From Camelus dromedarius (Eukaryota): 64,000 nucleotides of DNA. Below the pieces are notes generated by a model. It did no database searches. It had not been told where the DNA came from and saw nothing but the letters and a program-made list of their open reading frames with translations. Below are positions 27,101-39,739 of this stretch, piece after piece. The stretch lies in contig NC_087436.1 in assembly GCF_036321535.1 (NCBI RefSeq), positions 84,322,001-84,386,000 on the forward strand, in the 5' to 3' direction. The translations under genes and the position numbers were made by a program. Position 1 is the first letter of the stretch. Every line of letters begins with the position of its first letter.

Positions 27101-27749
27101 TTTTCTGGGTGGGGTCAGCAGTGAGAGGTCATAAGTGAGCTGCTGTTGTCAGAGCAAAGGATGTTTATACCCAAGTCCCATGGGCTTTGTTATCTTATGA
27201 ATTCCGTAAAGAGAGAGCATACAGTAAGCATTTAGCAAATGCAGTCTTCGAATTCTTGCTCGATAAGTGTTTTGTTACCACATATTTAACAATGTAATAG
27301 CATTTGTTGAACGCCCCCAAGTGCCAAACACTAACAAAAATATCCTCCCTTCAATGATCCCTCCCCTTAATTGAAGAGAAAGATGATAGAATATAAAATC
27401 TTAAGTGCTGTAACCGAGGTATGTTCAAAGTGGCAACCCAGAGGACTACAAGGACTAATTGTACAGAAGACTTAATTAAGAAGGGCTTCAAAAAGAAGTG
27501 ACAGCGATAAATTAAGGACAGCTAGGAGGTCATCAGGTGGGCAGAGGGGAGAGGGAAGAGATGCAGTTTCATTGCCAGTCTCAACTTCTATCAGAGTTCC
27601 TTGGGGTCCAAAGACAGAACACCGCAAAGCAGCAAGTAAACACACAAGTGTTAATCTTCCTTTAAAACAAAATAGGCCCTTGCAGGCAAACCTTTCCATT
27701 AGAATCCCCTGTTTTTGATGGGGTGGGAGTGCCCCAGAGGCCCCAGAAC

Positions 27750-28480
27750 CTACCGCTCAGGGAAGATGGCGGAATCTGTGGCGGGAATCTGGTTATCAGA
27801 GATGGGGAGATCATCACACCGGCTCTGGGAAGCAACTCGGCTTCATGGAGCTTGCGGTACTCTTGGGAAGCATGGGGCCCTTGGTGCTTACGGGGTTCGC
27901 GAGGCTTGCGGGGTTCACGGGGTGCATGAGGCTCGTACGGTGCCTGGGGCTTGTGGGGCACATAGGGTTCGTGGGGCTTGGGGATCTCGTTGGACCCTTC
28001 AGAGTCCTCGGACTCGTCCCGCTGGTCTTGCTCGTCCGCCTCCTGGGACTCCTCGGGTAAGCCCGGCTCCTCAGACTCCTCAGGCCTGGTGTGCATGTCG
28101 AATATCCTGACTACAAAGGGCTTCGGAAGGGCTTCGGAGCGAGCGGATATTTCTGTCGTGTCACGCCCATCAGACAGCACAGAAGAACCCGAAAACTCTT
28201 GGCTCTCCATTGATGCCCAGAAGCTCCCGCGGGGCAACGGCCGGGTTTGTTCACTTTCCGTGGGATGGGGGCGGGATGGGCGGGCCGCCCGCGCCCGCCG
28301 CAGCGCGCCCCTCCTGGACACAGCCTGTGCCAGACAAGCCCCGCCTCTGGACCCCCCCCCCCGCACGTTCTCCCGTTGCCAAGGGGACGCGCGGCGCTGC
28401 AGGGGCCCGCGGTGGCCTTGTCCTCTGAGAAGAGCCATAGGCAGTCCGCCGAGAAAAGGGGCGGGCTCTTGATCTGAGCT
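27750..28480. promoter_or_regulatory. CpG island / THEGL promoter and first exon
   Basis: CpG-dense; GC boxes near 28268 and 28458; X-box-like GTTGCCAAGGGGAC at 28375-28388. Confidence 0.8.
27754..28210 (-). CDS. THEGL: THEG-like / sperm microtubule associated protein 2-like (SPMAP2L), exon 1 (457 nt)
   Basis: MESQEFSGSS...EQDQRDESE...VMISPSLITR...SSLS then gtaggt donor; resembles human THEGL N-terminus as recalled; syntenic with ARL9 and SRP72. Confidence 0.9.
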
Positions 28481-28484
28481 GTTT

Positions 28485-31400
28485 TTGCTTCGCTTATTTT
28501 AACACTATTTTTAAGCACATTCACGTTTAGGATCATTATATCTTCCTGGAGAGTTGACCCCTTTATCATTGTTATTCCCGTGTTTTTAAAAATTACAATA
28601 TTTTATTTTTTCCAGTTTTATTGAGAAATAATTGATATACATCGCTGTATAAGTTTAAGGTGTACAACATCTTGGCTTGACTTACATATATGGTAAAATG
28701 ATTTACCACAAAAGGCTTAGTTAACATCCATCATCTAGTGATACAATAAAAAGAACAGAAAAAAATTTCTCCTTGTGGTGAGAACCCTTAGGATCTACTC
28801 TCTTCTTTCCTATGTATCATACAGACGTGGTAACTGTAGTTATTATGTTGTATGGTCCATCCCTAGTACTTATTTATCTTATAACTGTAAGTTTGTATCT
28901 TTTGACCACCTTCCTCTAATCACACCCCCGCATGTAACCACAAATCTGATTTATTTTTCTTGAGTTTGGTGTTCATTTAAATTCCATATTTTACTAAGAT
29001 CATACAGTATTTTTTGTCTGACTTATTTTACTTAGCATAATGCCTTCAAGGTCCACCCACGTTGTGGCAAATGATAGGCTTTCCTTGTTTGTTTGTTTTT
29101 TTTTAATGGCTGAATCATGTTCTATTGTATGTATGTGTATACTACAAATTCTTTATCCATTTATCCATCAATGGACATGTCAGTTGTTTCCACGTCTTGG
29201 CTATTGTAAATTACTAGGAACATGGTGGTGCAGACAGCTTTTTGAGTCAGTGTTTTCATCTCCTTTGGATATATTCTCAGAAGTGGAATTGCTGGATCAT
29301 ATGGTAGTTCTAGTTTTAATTTTTCGAGTAACCTCTATACTGTTTTCCATACTGCCTGTACCAATTCACAATCCCACCAACAGTACGCAAAGTTTCCCTT
29401 TTCTCTACATCCAGGCTGGCATTAGTTATCTCTTGTCTTTTTGATGATGGCCTTTCTAATAGGCATGAGGGGATACCTCATCGTTGTTTCAATCTGAATT
29501 TCCCTATAGATAAGTGATGTTGAGTATCTTTTCATGCATGCACTTGTTGGCCATACACATATCTTCTTTGGAAGAAATGTCTATTCAGGTCCATTGCCCA
29601 TTTTTTAATTGTTTGTTTTTGCTATTGGGTTGTATAAGTTCATTATATATTTTGAATATTAACCCCTTATCAGATATATGGTCTGCAAATATTTTTCCCA
29701 TTCCGTTGGTTCTTTTTTCATTTCGTTGATGGTTTCTTTTGCTGTATAGCTTTTTAGGTTGATGTAGTCTCACTTGTTTTTTATTTTGTAGCTTGTGCAT
29801 TAGGTGTAATTCCTCTCCTTATCCTTGATAACTTCCCTTACTCTGAAGTCTTCTCTGTCTGAAATTAATATAGCTATTCCTGCTTTCTTTTGATTAGTGT
29901 TAGCATTAGTGTCTCCATTCATTTGGTTTTAATCTAATGTCTTTTTATATTTAAAGTGAGTTTCTCGTAGGCAACATATAGTTGGATCTTTGATCCAGTT
30001 TGACAAATCTCTTAATTGGTGCCTTTAGACCACTGACCTTCAAAGTTATTATTGATTTAGTTGGATTAATAGCTATCATATTTGTTACTGTTTTCTATTT
30101 GTTGTCTTTGTTCTTTGTTTATTTTTATCTTCTACTCTTTGTCTACCTTTTGTGGTTTTAACTGAGCATTTTACTTGATTCCATTTCCTTTCCTTTCTTT
30201 GCTTATCAGTTATAATTTCTTTTATTTTCTTAGTGGTTGTCCTAGAGTTTGCAATATATATTAACAACAAATCCAAGTCTACCTTCAAACAACACTATAT
30301 CATTTCATGGATAGTGACACTGCCTTATAGTAACAGAATAATCCTAATTCTTCCGTCTCATCCCTTGTATTATTGCTATCATATCATTGATATGCATATA
30401 TGCATGCATAACATATAGTCAAATATAGTTTCTATTATTATTTTGAACAGACTGTAATCTGTTAGCTTAATTAAGAATAAGAAAAATAAAAGCTTTAATT
30501 TTACCTTCACTTCTTCCTTTCTTTATGTAGATCCAAATTTCTGACCTACATCAGAAATGTATTTCTGATGTAGGTCAGAAATGTATTCTGACCTACATCA
30601 GAAATGTATTTCTGACCTATTTCTTTAGAGGAACTTCTTTTTAACATTTCTTGCAAAGCAGAAGTACCGGCAACAAATTCCCTCAATTTTTGTTTGTCTA
30701 AGAAAGTCTTTCTCCTTCACTTTTGAAGGATTTCACAGGATACAGAAGTCTAAGTTGATGGGTTTTTCTCTCAACACTATAAATAATTTGCTCCACTCTC
30801 TTCTTGCTTGCATGGTTTCTGAGAAGTCTAATGTAATTCTTTTTGATCCTCTACAGGTAAGGTGTTTTTTTTCCTCTGGCTTCTTTCAGGATTTTCCCTT
30901 CATTTTTGATTTTCTGTAGCTTAAAAATGATATGCCTATGGGCAGTTTGGGGGCATTTATCCTGTTTGGTGTTTTCTGAGCTTCTGGGGTCTGTGGTTTG
31001 GTGTCTGACATTAATTTGGAGAAATTCTCAGTCATTATTGTTTCAAATATTTATTCTGTTCCTTTCTTTCCTCTCTTTCTGGTTTCCCATTACACACATG
31101 TTGCAACTTTTGTAGTTGTCCCACAGTCCTTGGATATTCTGTCCTGTTTTTTCCAGCGCCTTTGTTCTCTTTGATTTTCAGTTTTGGAGGTTTCTATTGA
31201 GATAACCTCAAGCTCAGAGATTTTTTTCCTTAGCTATATTAATAAGCCCATCAAACACATTCTTCATTTCTGTACAGTGCTTGCTCTATCTCGTTTGTGT
31301 TTTTTGCCTTTTAGTATGTCTTGTAATTTTTCTTGATAGCCAGGCATGATGTACAGTGAAAAAGAACTGCTGTAAAACAAACCTTTAGTAATGCAGTGGT

Positions 31401-32130
31401 GAGGTGTGGCAGGAGGGGAGCGCTCTATAGTCCTAAGATTAGGTCTCAGTCTTTTAGTGACTCTGTGCCTCTGGACTGCAAATTTCACACTTCTGTCTTA
31501 GTTTTCTCCATCTTTAGGTGGGACAGGATGGCTAGAGTGGGCTGGAGTTGGCTATTTCCCTTCCGCCAGGTCAGTTAGGCTCTGGTAATATCCCAGCAGG
31601 CTAGCTTCTGGTTAACTAGTTTCCTCTGAGGGCAGACCTTGTTAAGGACAGAGTGATTTGATGTATTTAAAAAAAATTTTTTTTTCTCTCGCTTGGAAGC
31701 ACCAGGGGATTTTCCTCTAATATTTACTGCAGGTATCTGGTTGAGATCCTAGAGGTAAATCTCACAAAATTTGGGACCCACTTATGACCAGGTTCCCCTG
31801 AATTTTTTCTCTTTTTTTAATGGATGTACTGAGGACTGAACCCAAGATTTTGTGCACTGAGCTATACCCTCCCAATCCCCTGGAGTTTTTAATCTTCAAA
31901 GTAATCAACTTTGATCATCCAGCAATTCGTCACTTACAGTCCTGGTGTTTATACTCTGGCATTGCTTCCCACCGGCAGTTTCCTGTTATGGGTCTCTGGT
32001 CTGGTAAATTGTTATTCTCTGTATTCTCCTGTTGGTCTCTCCAATGTTGATTGTTCAGTCTATTCAGCTTTTTACTTGTTAGGATGAAATGGTGGCTTCC
32101 AAGCTACTTACATGCTGGACCAGAAGTCTT
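28485..32130 (-). mobile_element. Old L1 antisense with a nested younger L1 3' end (~28600-29800)
   Basis: Minus-strand remnants IKGSTLQEDIMILNV (endonuclease) and KIFADHISDKGLIFKIYNEL (ORF2 C-terminus). Confidence 0.85.
30537..30619. repeat. Alternating direct/inverted 22-bp unit array with a perfect palindrome
   Basis: atttctgacctacatcagaaat-gt-atttctgatgtaggtcagaaat, then further forward copies. Confidence 0.92.
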
Positions 32131-32716
32131 TAAAAAAAAAAAAAAATCAAGACAAGACACTAAGATTAAAAGTTGGATTTATAGCATGGCTGTAGGTAAA
32201 TAGAGTTATCACCCTTACAAAGTATTTCTAGTAAAGAAAGCTTATCCATATAAAAAAACAAAATGTCAAGAATTTAAAAAAATAAATCCCCACAGTGTTC
32301 CTCATTTAGTGTAACAGTTTCTTTAAAAAGAAGCCTTTCCTAAATTTTTCTGAATGCCATTCATGTATACTTCTATACGGGTGTGAAAGTATTTACTTTT
32401 CTCATTGCCCTATCTTAATATTTCTTTCCCTATAATGTTAAATGGACCCACTTAAAGGAAAGATAGGATTTTTACTTGAGAAGAGGAGTTTATTAAAATA
32501 TTTTAATATAAATCCCATGTCACTGAAAAAACTACAAATGGGATAAATGCTTGCTAATGTTCTTTAATTTTATTGATTAAAAATCCAATCCCCCCAAATA
32601 CATTATTTTACCAATATTTTTAAAGTTCAAAATCTAAATAACGTGATGCTCTTAATTAACATTATTTTATATATGTATATATGCCACACATTGAGAAAAT
32701 AGTAAATGGCTTATTT

Positions 32717-32722
32717 TTTATT
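32717..32722 (-). terminator. Candidate ARL9 polyadenylation signal AATAAA (second at 32569-32574)
   Basis: tttatt on + strand ~85 nt past the stop codon. Confidence 0.55.
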
Positions 32723-32804
32723 TGAAAGTGGAAACATTTGGCTTCCAGATGGCCACTCCTTGGTGACATTCAAATCATGAGCCTCGCAGTGGGCCTGGGC
32801 CTGA

Positions 32805-32984
32805 TCACTGCATGTCTGCAGCCAGCTGTGCAATCAGGTCTTTGGCATCTTGCATGACAGAGGGTATCTCTGAGCCATTCTCAGTCACCTGGGTTCCAAA
32901 CAAGAACATCTTCCTGTCATTTCCCACCTCAGATAATGCCAAAGCTTCATGAATATCTGTAATGTGATAGGCTGCTTCAAGATC
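32805..32984 (-). CDS. ARL9: ARL9 exon 4, to TGA (protein 263 aa in total)
   Basis: aag|GATCTT; DLEAAYHITDIHEALALSEVGNDRKMFLFGT...LAADMQ*; completes the NKQD G4 motif. Confidence 0.95.
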   Translation of the reverse strand, partial: DLEAAYHITDIHEALALSEVGNDRKMFLFGTQVTENGSEIPSVMQDAKDLIAQLAADMQ

Positions 32985-34489
32985 CTTCACCAAGAGTGGG
33001 AAAAGAATTGAGAAAAAGTTGGTCATTTTGCAATCTTTTTGGATAAATACATTTACTACTCTCCTTCATTGCTCTCAATGATCCCACTCCCATTGTAATA
33101 TGGAGGATATTGTAACCCCATTATTATGATTCTAGTGGTTGTTTGAATATAAGGATTTTCATCAGAATTATACCAGCATTTATGAGTTACCATCAAAAAA
33201 GTATTTTCTGAAATAAAGTTAAGCTGATACAATATCTTAATCAATTTCCTAAACAGAGCAGTCAAACTGCTTCTAATTTTGTTTTTCCATTTTGTCTTTA
33301 TTTTCCCAAGATCATTCTCAAAAGGATCAATTACTTTTAATTTGTCTTTAACAATAGAAATTTGATTCATTAATTGGTTTGTGTCCATATTTTTTGCCAA
33401 ATGTGAGTTTTCTTTTGTGACCATTATTTCCACTGAACAAAAAATTATGGATCAAATTTGGAGGGGTAGAGGAAGATGGAGACAGGATCAGGGAGGCAGT
33501 GAATTTAGAAAGTGGACTAGTGGGTGACGGAGACCAAAAGAGGAGGAACAGGTGGAGAGAACGAGGACAAGAGGGAGAAGTGGGAAAGGCTTAAAGGAGG
33601 AAAATCCACAGGGAGAGGCAGAGAGAAGAGAGATTAAAATGAGGAGAAAGGAAACGTGTGCTTATGCTGCATGCCAAGGTCAAAACCTACTTGAGGTCAA
33701 AATGCTAAGGTCAAAACATATTTCTTTGCCTCTTACACAACAAGAATTATTTATGCAAATAACCTCTGATATTCCATTTCCTAAATATACACACAGATTC
33801 AGTTATAATTTTTAAGTCTTTTGCAAAAGTTTAAGCATTTTCGCTCTTAAAATTGCATTTGTAATTGGCCTTTTGTTGTTTTATAGTGTTCTCCCTAAGT
33901 TTTAAAGGATCATTTAAAAATCTCTGGAAGTGTTCCAATATTGTGTTATTTTTTCTTGTACCACTATGAACCTATCAAATTCCATCACTTGGAGCCTGTG
34001 AGGCTTTTCCTGATGTGTTACAACTTTCTGGTCATCCTAATATATTACCTGTATGAAACCTGAATTCATTTAGTCCTAGAGCCTGCAGTGAATTTCACAA
34101 CTGTGCTCATGAATCCAGTAACATGTGGACAATGTCTCAAGCCTAAAAAATTCACTGAGGGAATTCGAGAAGACAATAGGAGAGAAAGGGTGTTGGATGG
34201 GAGGAGGGGCTCTCTGTAATGATAAAAGCACATCAGGGATAAGTATCAGGTATAGCCCACCCTTACATAACTGTGCCTTAATAGAGGTCATCACTCAAAG
34301 AGTAAAGATAGTAAGATGACTTTTAAAAAATACTTATAACTTAAACCAGTGAGTCATCTAAAAGCATAGATTACTTTGGCCAAGGAGTATCAGTAAATAT
34401 AGATTACCCTTAAACTAGAGTATTCAAACCTTTCATTATTAAACCCAGTAAAAGTTATAAACTTGACACTGAATGGCTCTGTTTATTTC

Positions 34490-35630
34490 ATTTGATGAAG
34501 AGATATAAACCACAAAGGAAAGTATTGACAAATCTGATTATTAAAAATGAAAACCTATGTATAAAAATGGGAACCATAAACAAAGTACAATGATAAACCA
34601 ATAGGTTGCTGGACAAGATATTTGTAATGTATGTAACTGACAAAGGATTGTTTTTCCAAAAGATATGAGACTCCCTACAGCTCAAATGAGGAAAGATAAA
34701 CACCCTAATAGGAATTTGGGGAAAGATATTAAAAAAACAATTTACAGATATGGAAATTCATTTCAAAGAATAAAACTCATTTAAAACTAATAACCAGTGA
34801 ACATCTCAAAAAATGTTCAAGCTCACAAATAATTAAGGAAATGCAAATTAGAATGAGGTAAAATTTTAACTCCATGAGACTGGCAAAAATGAAAAAGTTT
34901 GACAATACCAAGTATTGACGAATTGTGCCTGTACAATGCTATAGATGTTGAATGGGGGTTTTTTAAACTTTTTTTTACTGTGGTCAAATACACATAACTA
35001 AATTTGTCATATGAACCATTTTTAAGTGTACAGTTCAGTGCACAGTTAAGTACATTCACACTGTTGTACAACCATCCATTTCCAAACAACTTGTAAAACT
35101 GAAACTCTGTACGCATCAAACAATAACTCTCCATTTTCCTTTCCCCCTGCCCCTGGCAACCACAATTCTACTTTTTGTCTCTATGAATTTGACTACTCTA
35201 GGTACCTCATGAAAGTATAATCATACAGTATTTGTCCTTTTGTGACTGGCTTATTTCACTTAGCATAACGTCCACAAGGTTCATCCATGTTGTAGCATGT
35301 GTCAGAATTTCCTTCTTTTTTAAGGCTGAATAATATCCCATTGTATGTATAGACCACATTTTGTTTCTGTTCATCTGTGGATAGACACTAGGGTTGTTTC
35401 TACTTTTTGGCTACTGTGAATACTTCTGCTATGAACATGGGTATACAAATAACTGTTTGAGTGCCTACTTTGAATTCTACTGGTTATACAGCCAAAAGTG
35501 GAATTGCTGGACCATACGAAAATTTTATTTTTGATTTTTTTTAAGCAATTGCCATCCTGTTTTTCATAGTGGCTGTACCATCTGGTATTCTCACCAACAC
35601 TACACAAGGGTTTCAATTTCTCCATGAATG
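34490..35630. mobile_element. Old sense L1 fragment followed by an antisense L1MB-like 3' end (~34968-35625)
   Basis: tgtgactggcttatttcacttagcataa and other L1 3'UTR motifs. Confidence 0.8.
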
Positions 35631-35869
35631 TTTAGTAATGTTAATGCATGTGTGTGAAATAAATTTAGATCAGGCTAATTGATCTAAAACTACTTTTTTA
35701 TTCATGGTAGGCATTCAAAAATTTTTTTGAAATCAGTTCAACAATCCGTAAATGTTTATTGAATTAAATTCAACACAAATTTGTTGAATTCTTATTATGC
35801 ACAAGGCCATATATTAGTTATTATATGGGACACAAAGGTTACTGACAGTCTCTGTTCTCAAGGAGTTTA

Positions 35870-36187
35870 CAGCTGTCCCTCGGTATCTGAGGGGAATTGG
35901 TTGCAAGACCCCTGAAGATACCAAAATCTGAGGATGCTCAAGTTCCTTACATAAAATGGCATAGTATTTGCATAAAACCTATGCACATCCTCCTATACAG
36001 TTAAATCCAGATTATTTATAATACATAGTACAATGTAAATGATATGTAAATAGTTGTAAATACAATATAAATGCTATATAAATATTTCCCTATGTGTGGC
36101 AAATACAAGTTTTGCTTTTTGGAACTTTCTGGAATTTTTTCCCCCTGATCCAGGTTGGTTGAATCCACAGATACGAAGGGCTGACTG
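35870..36187 (+). mobile_element. MER2 (TcMar-Tigger MITE)
   Basis: ta|cagctgtccctcggtatc...gatacgaagggctgactg|ta; TIRs with TA TSD. Confidence 0.88.
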
Positions 36188-36334
36188 TATAATCAAGCAG
36201 ATCTAATTAGTATAAATTGAACTGAACAGATAGCGTATTATTGAATATTTAGCTATTAAAAGTACAGACATTTCTAATTCTTGTATTAACAATGTAACTG
36301 TTGAGTACAATTTATATTTGCACAACTTTTTTAC

Positions 36335-36510
36335 CTGTTTGTTTGCAAACACAACCAGAGGAAGGATTGGGTTTGTTTCAATTAGTTGATGAAGGTGTTT
36401 CTTGGCTTCAGGTAGTCTGTTGTGATCTGCTGAATCCACCACAAAGATCAGCAGCAACCCCTTGGACAGGTACATTTCCCAATAGGAACGGAAAGGTTCG
36501 CTGCCGCCAA
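36335..36510 (-). CDS. ARL9: ARL9 exon 3 (176 nt)
   Basis: tag|TTGGCG...AAACAG|gtaaaa; (I)GGSEPFRSYWEMYLSKGLLLIFVVDSADH...VVFANKQ. Confidence 0.96.
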
Positions 36511-37134
36511 CTACAAAGAACAGTAGAGAAGGAAGACATACGCAGAAATCTCAGAAGTGTCCACTGAGGGGGCAGGAAAGGCACAATTAGGTAATTTCTG
36601 AACACTGGACAGGTGTTCTGATGAAAGACCTCTGTGAGACTGTACCCAGTTCTGAGAACAACCAGAGAGATATTACTGGGGAAATGATTGGTGGGAATAT
36701 TTACCCTCTATAAGTGGGTCATTCATTCTGTAGCACAAAGAATCAGCATAAAGATCTTAAATATGTACTACAGCGGATGCCTCCTGACCTGCTATACACA
36801 GCAGTACAGCCAGCAAGTTGGAGTAGGCTACTAAAGTAACTTAGAGTGGTAGGTTAAAACACGTGTTTCTCTAAAATAAGTTTTAAATGGACTGATTTAA
36901 GTTTCATTGGCTAGCCTCACTTGCATAACTTTCTTCCTTTGTCAAAATCCTAGAACTAATTTCCCCTCTTAATCTTGCACTAAGAGTTAATATGATCCAG
37001 TGGACATTCAAGAATACTTGCCTCAGGAAAAAATGCCTTTGGGATCTTTCATTCTGCTGATTCTTCCCAGAAGAAACTTTTGGGGAATGATAATAATACA
37101 TACACAATGAATTCAGTTACTTTTCTCCTCGGAC

Positions 37135-37617
37135 GGAGGTTGACAAACGATGACCCACAGTCTAAATCTGGTTCACTGCCTATTTTTTGTACAGCCCACA
37201 AAGAAAGATTTTTACACTTTTAAATGTTTGGGGGCGGGAAAAAAAGAATAATATTTCATGGCACATGAACATTATATCACATTTGGATTTCAATACAAAG
37301 GATCAGAACACAGACATGCAGTGGAGGGGGTAAGGTACAGCTCAGTGGTAGAGCGCATGCTTAGCATGCACAAGATCCTGGGTTTGATCCCCAGTACCTC
37401 CATTAAAATAAATAAATAAATCTAATTACCCACCCACCCCCACCCCAGGAAAAAATTAAAAGAAAAAAAAAGAACACAGACATGTGATTGTCCACATATG
37501 GCCTCTGGCTGCTTTCACAGTACAACAGGGCTGAGCAGCTGCACAGACACCATGTGGCCCACAAAGTCTACATTAGCTACTCTTCAGCCCTTAACAAAAA
37601 AGTTTATAGACTCTTGT
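37135..37617. mobile_element. MER58-like hAT element split by a SINE
   Basis: ggaggttgacaaac...aaaaagtttatagactcttg termini. Confidence 0.65.
37319..37470 (+). mobile_element. tRNA-Ala-derived SINE (Vic-1-like)
   Basis: A/B boxes, A tail, exact 14-bp TSD agaacacagacatg (37305-37318, 37471-37484). Confidence 0.9.
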
Positions 37618-39245
37618 TTTGGGAACTTGACAGAAACATTTTAAAAAACAGTAATATAGGGTCTTTATTTGCCTTTCCTTGTTTTCTTTGTGTAGAGCCA
37701 GGCTAGTCATTCTTTGAAGTATTTTTATTTTTTTTTAAAGAATGTTATATAATCTAAGTAATTCATATGGTTTTAATGTATGTAGTTTAAACATGAATGA
37801 ACATTTAGGTTGTCCCCCATTTTTTGGCAACACCATGACATTTCACCAGCAGAGGGATTGTAATCATTTAGTTATTAACTTCTAATTTAACTGCAACATA
37901 GCCAGACAACATGGTTTGTATGATGCCTCTTCTTTGAAAAATTTATTAAGACTTGCTGAATGGCCCAGTAAGTGGTCAATTTTGGAACTGTTCTGTGAGT
38001 GTTTGAGAAAAATGTGAATTTTAAATTTTGGATGTGGCTAAAATTGTTTAATTTTATATTTGATTGTGTTCAATTTTTGTGTCTCTATAGATTTGTTTTC
38101 TCCTTGATCCTATAAACAATTGATGAAGAGATGTTGAAATCCCTCATTCCAGCTGTAGATCTGTCCATTTCTCCCTGTAATTGGATTCTTCCTTTCTTTT
38201 CTTTTTCCTTACTTCATTTTTTCATTTCCGTCCGTTCCCTTCCCTTTTCCTCCCTTCCCTTCCACTTTTTATATTTTGAGACTATTTGCTTAGCTATCTA
38301 CTTTGTTAAAATTATTATTACTTCCGTAGCTTCTGGGCAAACTGACACCTGTAGTCCTAATAATACTTTTACCTTAATGATTTGCCTACAGTTTTACCAT
38401 TTTCTCTGCTCACCATTTTCTCTTCACAACTGGATGAAAACAAAAATTCATATCGTTTTACTTGTGGGTGGGAGGTGGGGGTACAATAGAGGGTACAGAA
38501 AATTCCCAGTTTTCTGGCTTGAGTAACTTGCTGGGTGAGGAGTCACTTACTGACAGTGGATTACAGGGAAAGGAATAGATATGGAGATACAGTAAATATT
38601 TTGTTCTGACCATGTTAGATTTGAGAGGCCAATGAAAAACCAGGTAGAGATGTCAGGGGACATCTGGATATGTTTGGGCTAGACAGATAAATCGGGGAGT
38701 TATTAGCATATAGATAGTATTTAATGTCAAGAGGATGGATGAAATCATCCTAGGAGAGAGTGTAAACAGAAGACAAGAGGATCTGATGCGACTTCGGGGA
38801 ACAGCAATATTTTGAGAGATGGTGACTCCAGAATTACTATAGACTAGGGGCTTCTGAGTTGCCACCTGGTTACAAGAGGTTGGGGGCTTGTCTATATTTG
38901 CACTGGCAGAGAAGGAAGCACACTGTATTTAGATTGCATGTTTATCTGACGAAGTAAGGGAGGAGAGAGGCTGTTATAAGAGGGGGTGCCAAAGCCTTCC
39001 TCTCAACTCCCCTTTATCCCCACCACTGCAAAAAGGGGAAAATAAAAAGAGCAGAAAGTGATTTCCGCCCCCACTGCACCCTAGCATTAAACTACACAAG
39101 CATTCTAGAAGTCTAGGAAAATCTGACCCAGTGCTTCTTTTCACAAGAACCCAATGTTGATAACATTACATCTGGCTTAAGTTGTAACAGTAATGTGGCT
39201 ACAAGCTGTAGGCTATTCCCAGAACCACTGAGAAAGAGGGCTTAC

Positions 39246-39408
39246 TCTCCAGGAACTCCATTTGGCTGTCTTCAGTACTGATGCACACAGCATTGAAACC
39301 TTGGGTGGGTGCCATGCTGTGCTGGACTCTGTTTAAAGCTAGAGAGTGGAGAACACTGGTTTTTCCTGCTCCATCCAGGCCCAACACTAGGATCTGCTTA
39401 TTTTTCTC
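39246..39408 (-). CDS. ARL9: ARL9 exon 2 (163 nt; P-loop)
   Basis: cag|GAGAAA...GAGA|gtaagc; EKNKQILVLGLDGAGKTSVLHSLALNRVQHSMAPTQGFNAVCISTEDSQMEFLE. Confidence 0.96.
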
Positions 39409-39686
39409 CTGCAAAACAAAAAATAAGTCAATAAAGCTATGCCATCATATAAATAAATAAAGCTAGGGCCTTGTTTTCCTGGCTCCTGGTAATGTTCTTG
39501 CCAATAATATTTCGGAATTGTAAAACAGAGCAAAACTTCACAAAAAATTTAATAGGTCTAGAACAAACTGTCCCAGTCAGTTTGTATTGTACAATCAGCC
39601 ACTGGTTATGTGATATTAATCACACATCCCTTCTTCATCTCCCAAATTCTAGTCAATCTATCAAATAAATACTTAATATCGATCTA

Positions 39687-39739
<53 letters not shown>
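39687..39739. repeat. (TATC)n microsatellite, ~13 units
   Basis: Read directly. Confidence 0.95.

Noticed and set aside
27715..28569. Plus-strand ORFs and the upstream extension of the 258-aa ORF at THEGL exon 1
   Set aside because: CpG-island artefacts; recognisable homology begins at MESQEF (28210). The 152-aa minus ORF starts in L1 sequence.
30537..30619. CRISPR-like repeated palindromic unit
   Set aside because: No unique spacers, alternating orientation, mammalian context and no cas genes.
33056..33433. 125-aa minus-strand ORF in ARL9 intron 3
   Set aside because: AT-rich, no recognisable homology and not needed for the ARL9 frame.
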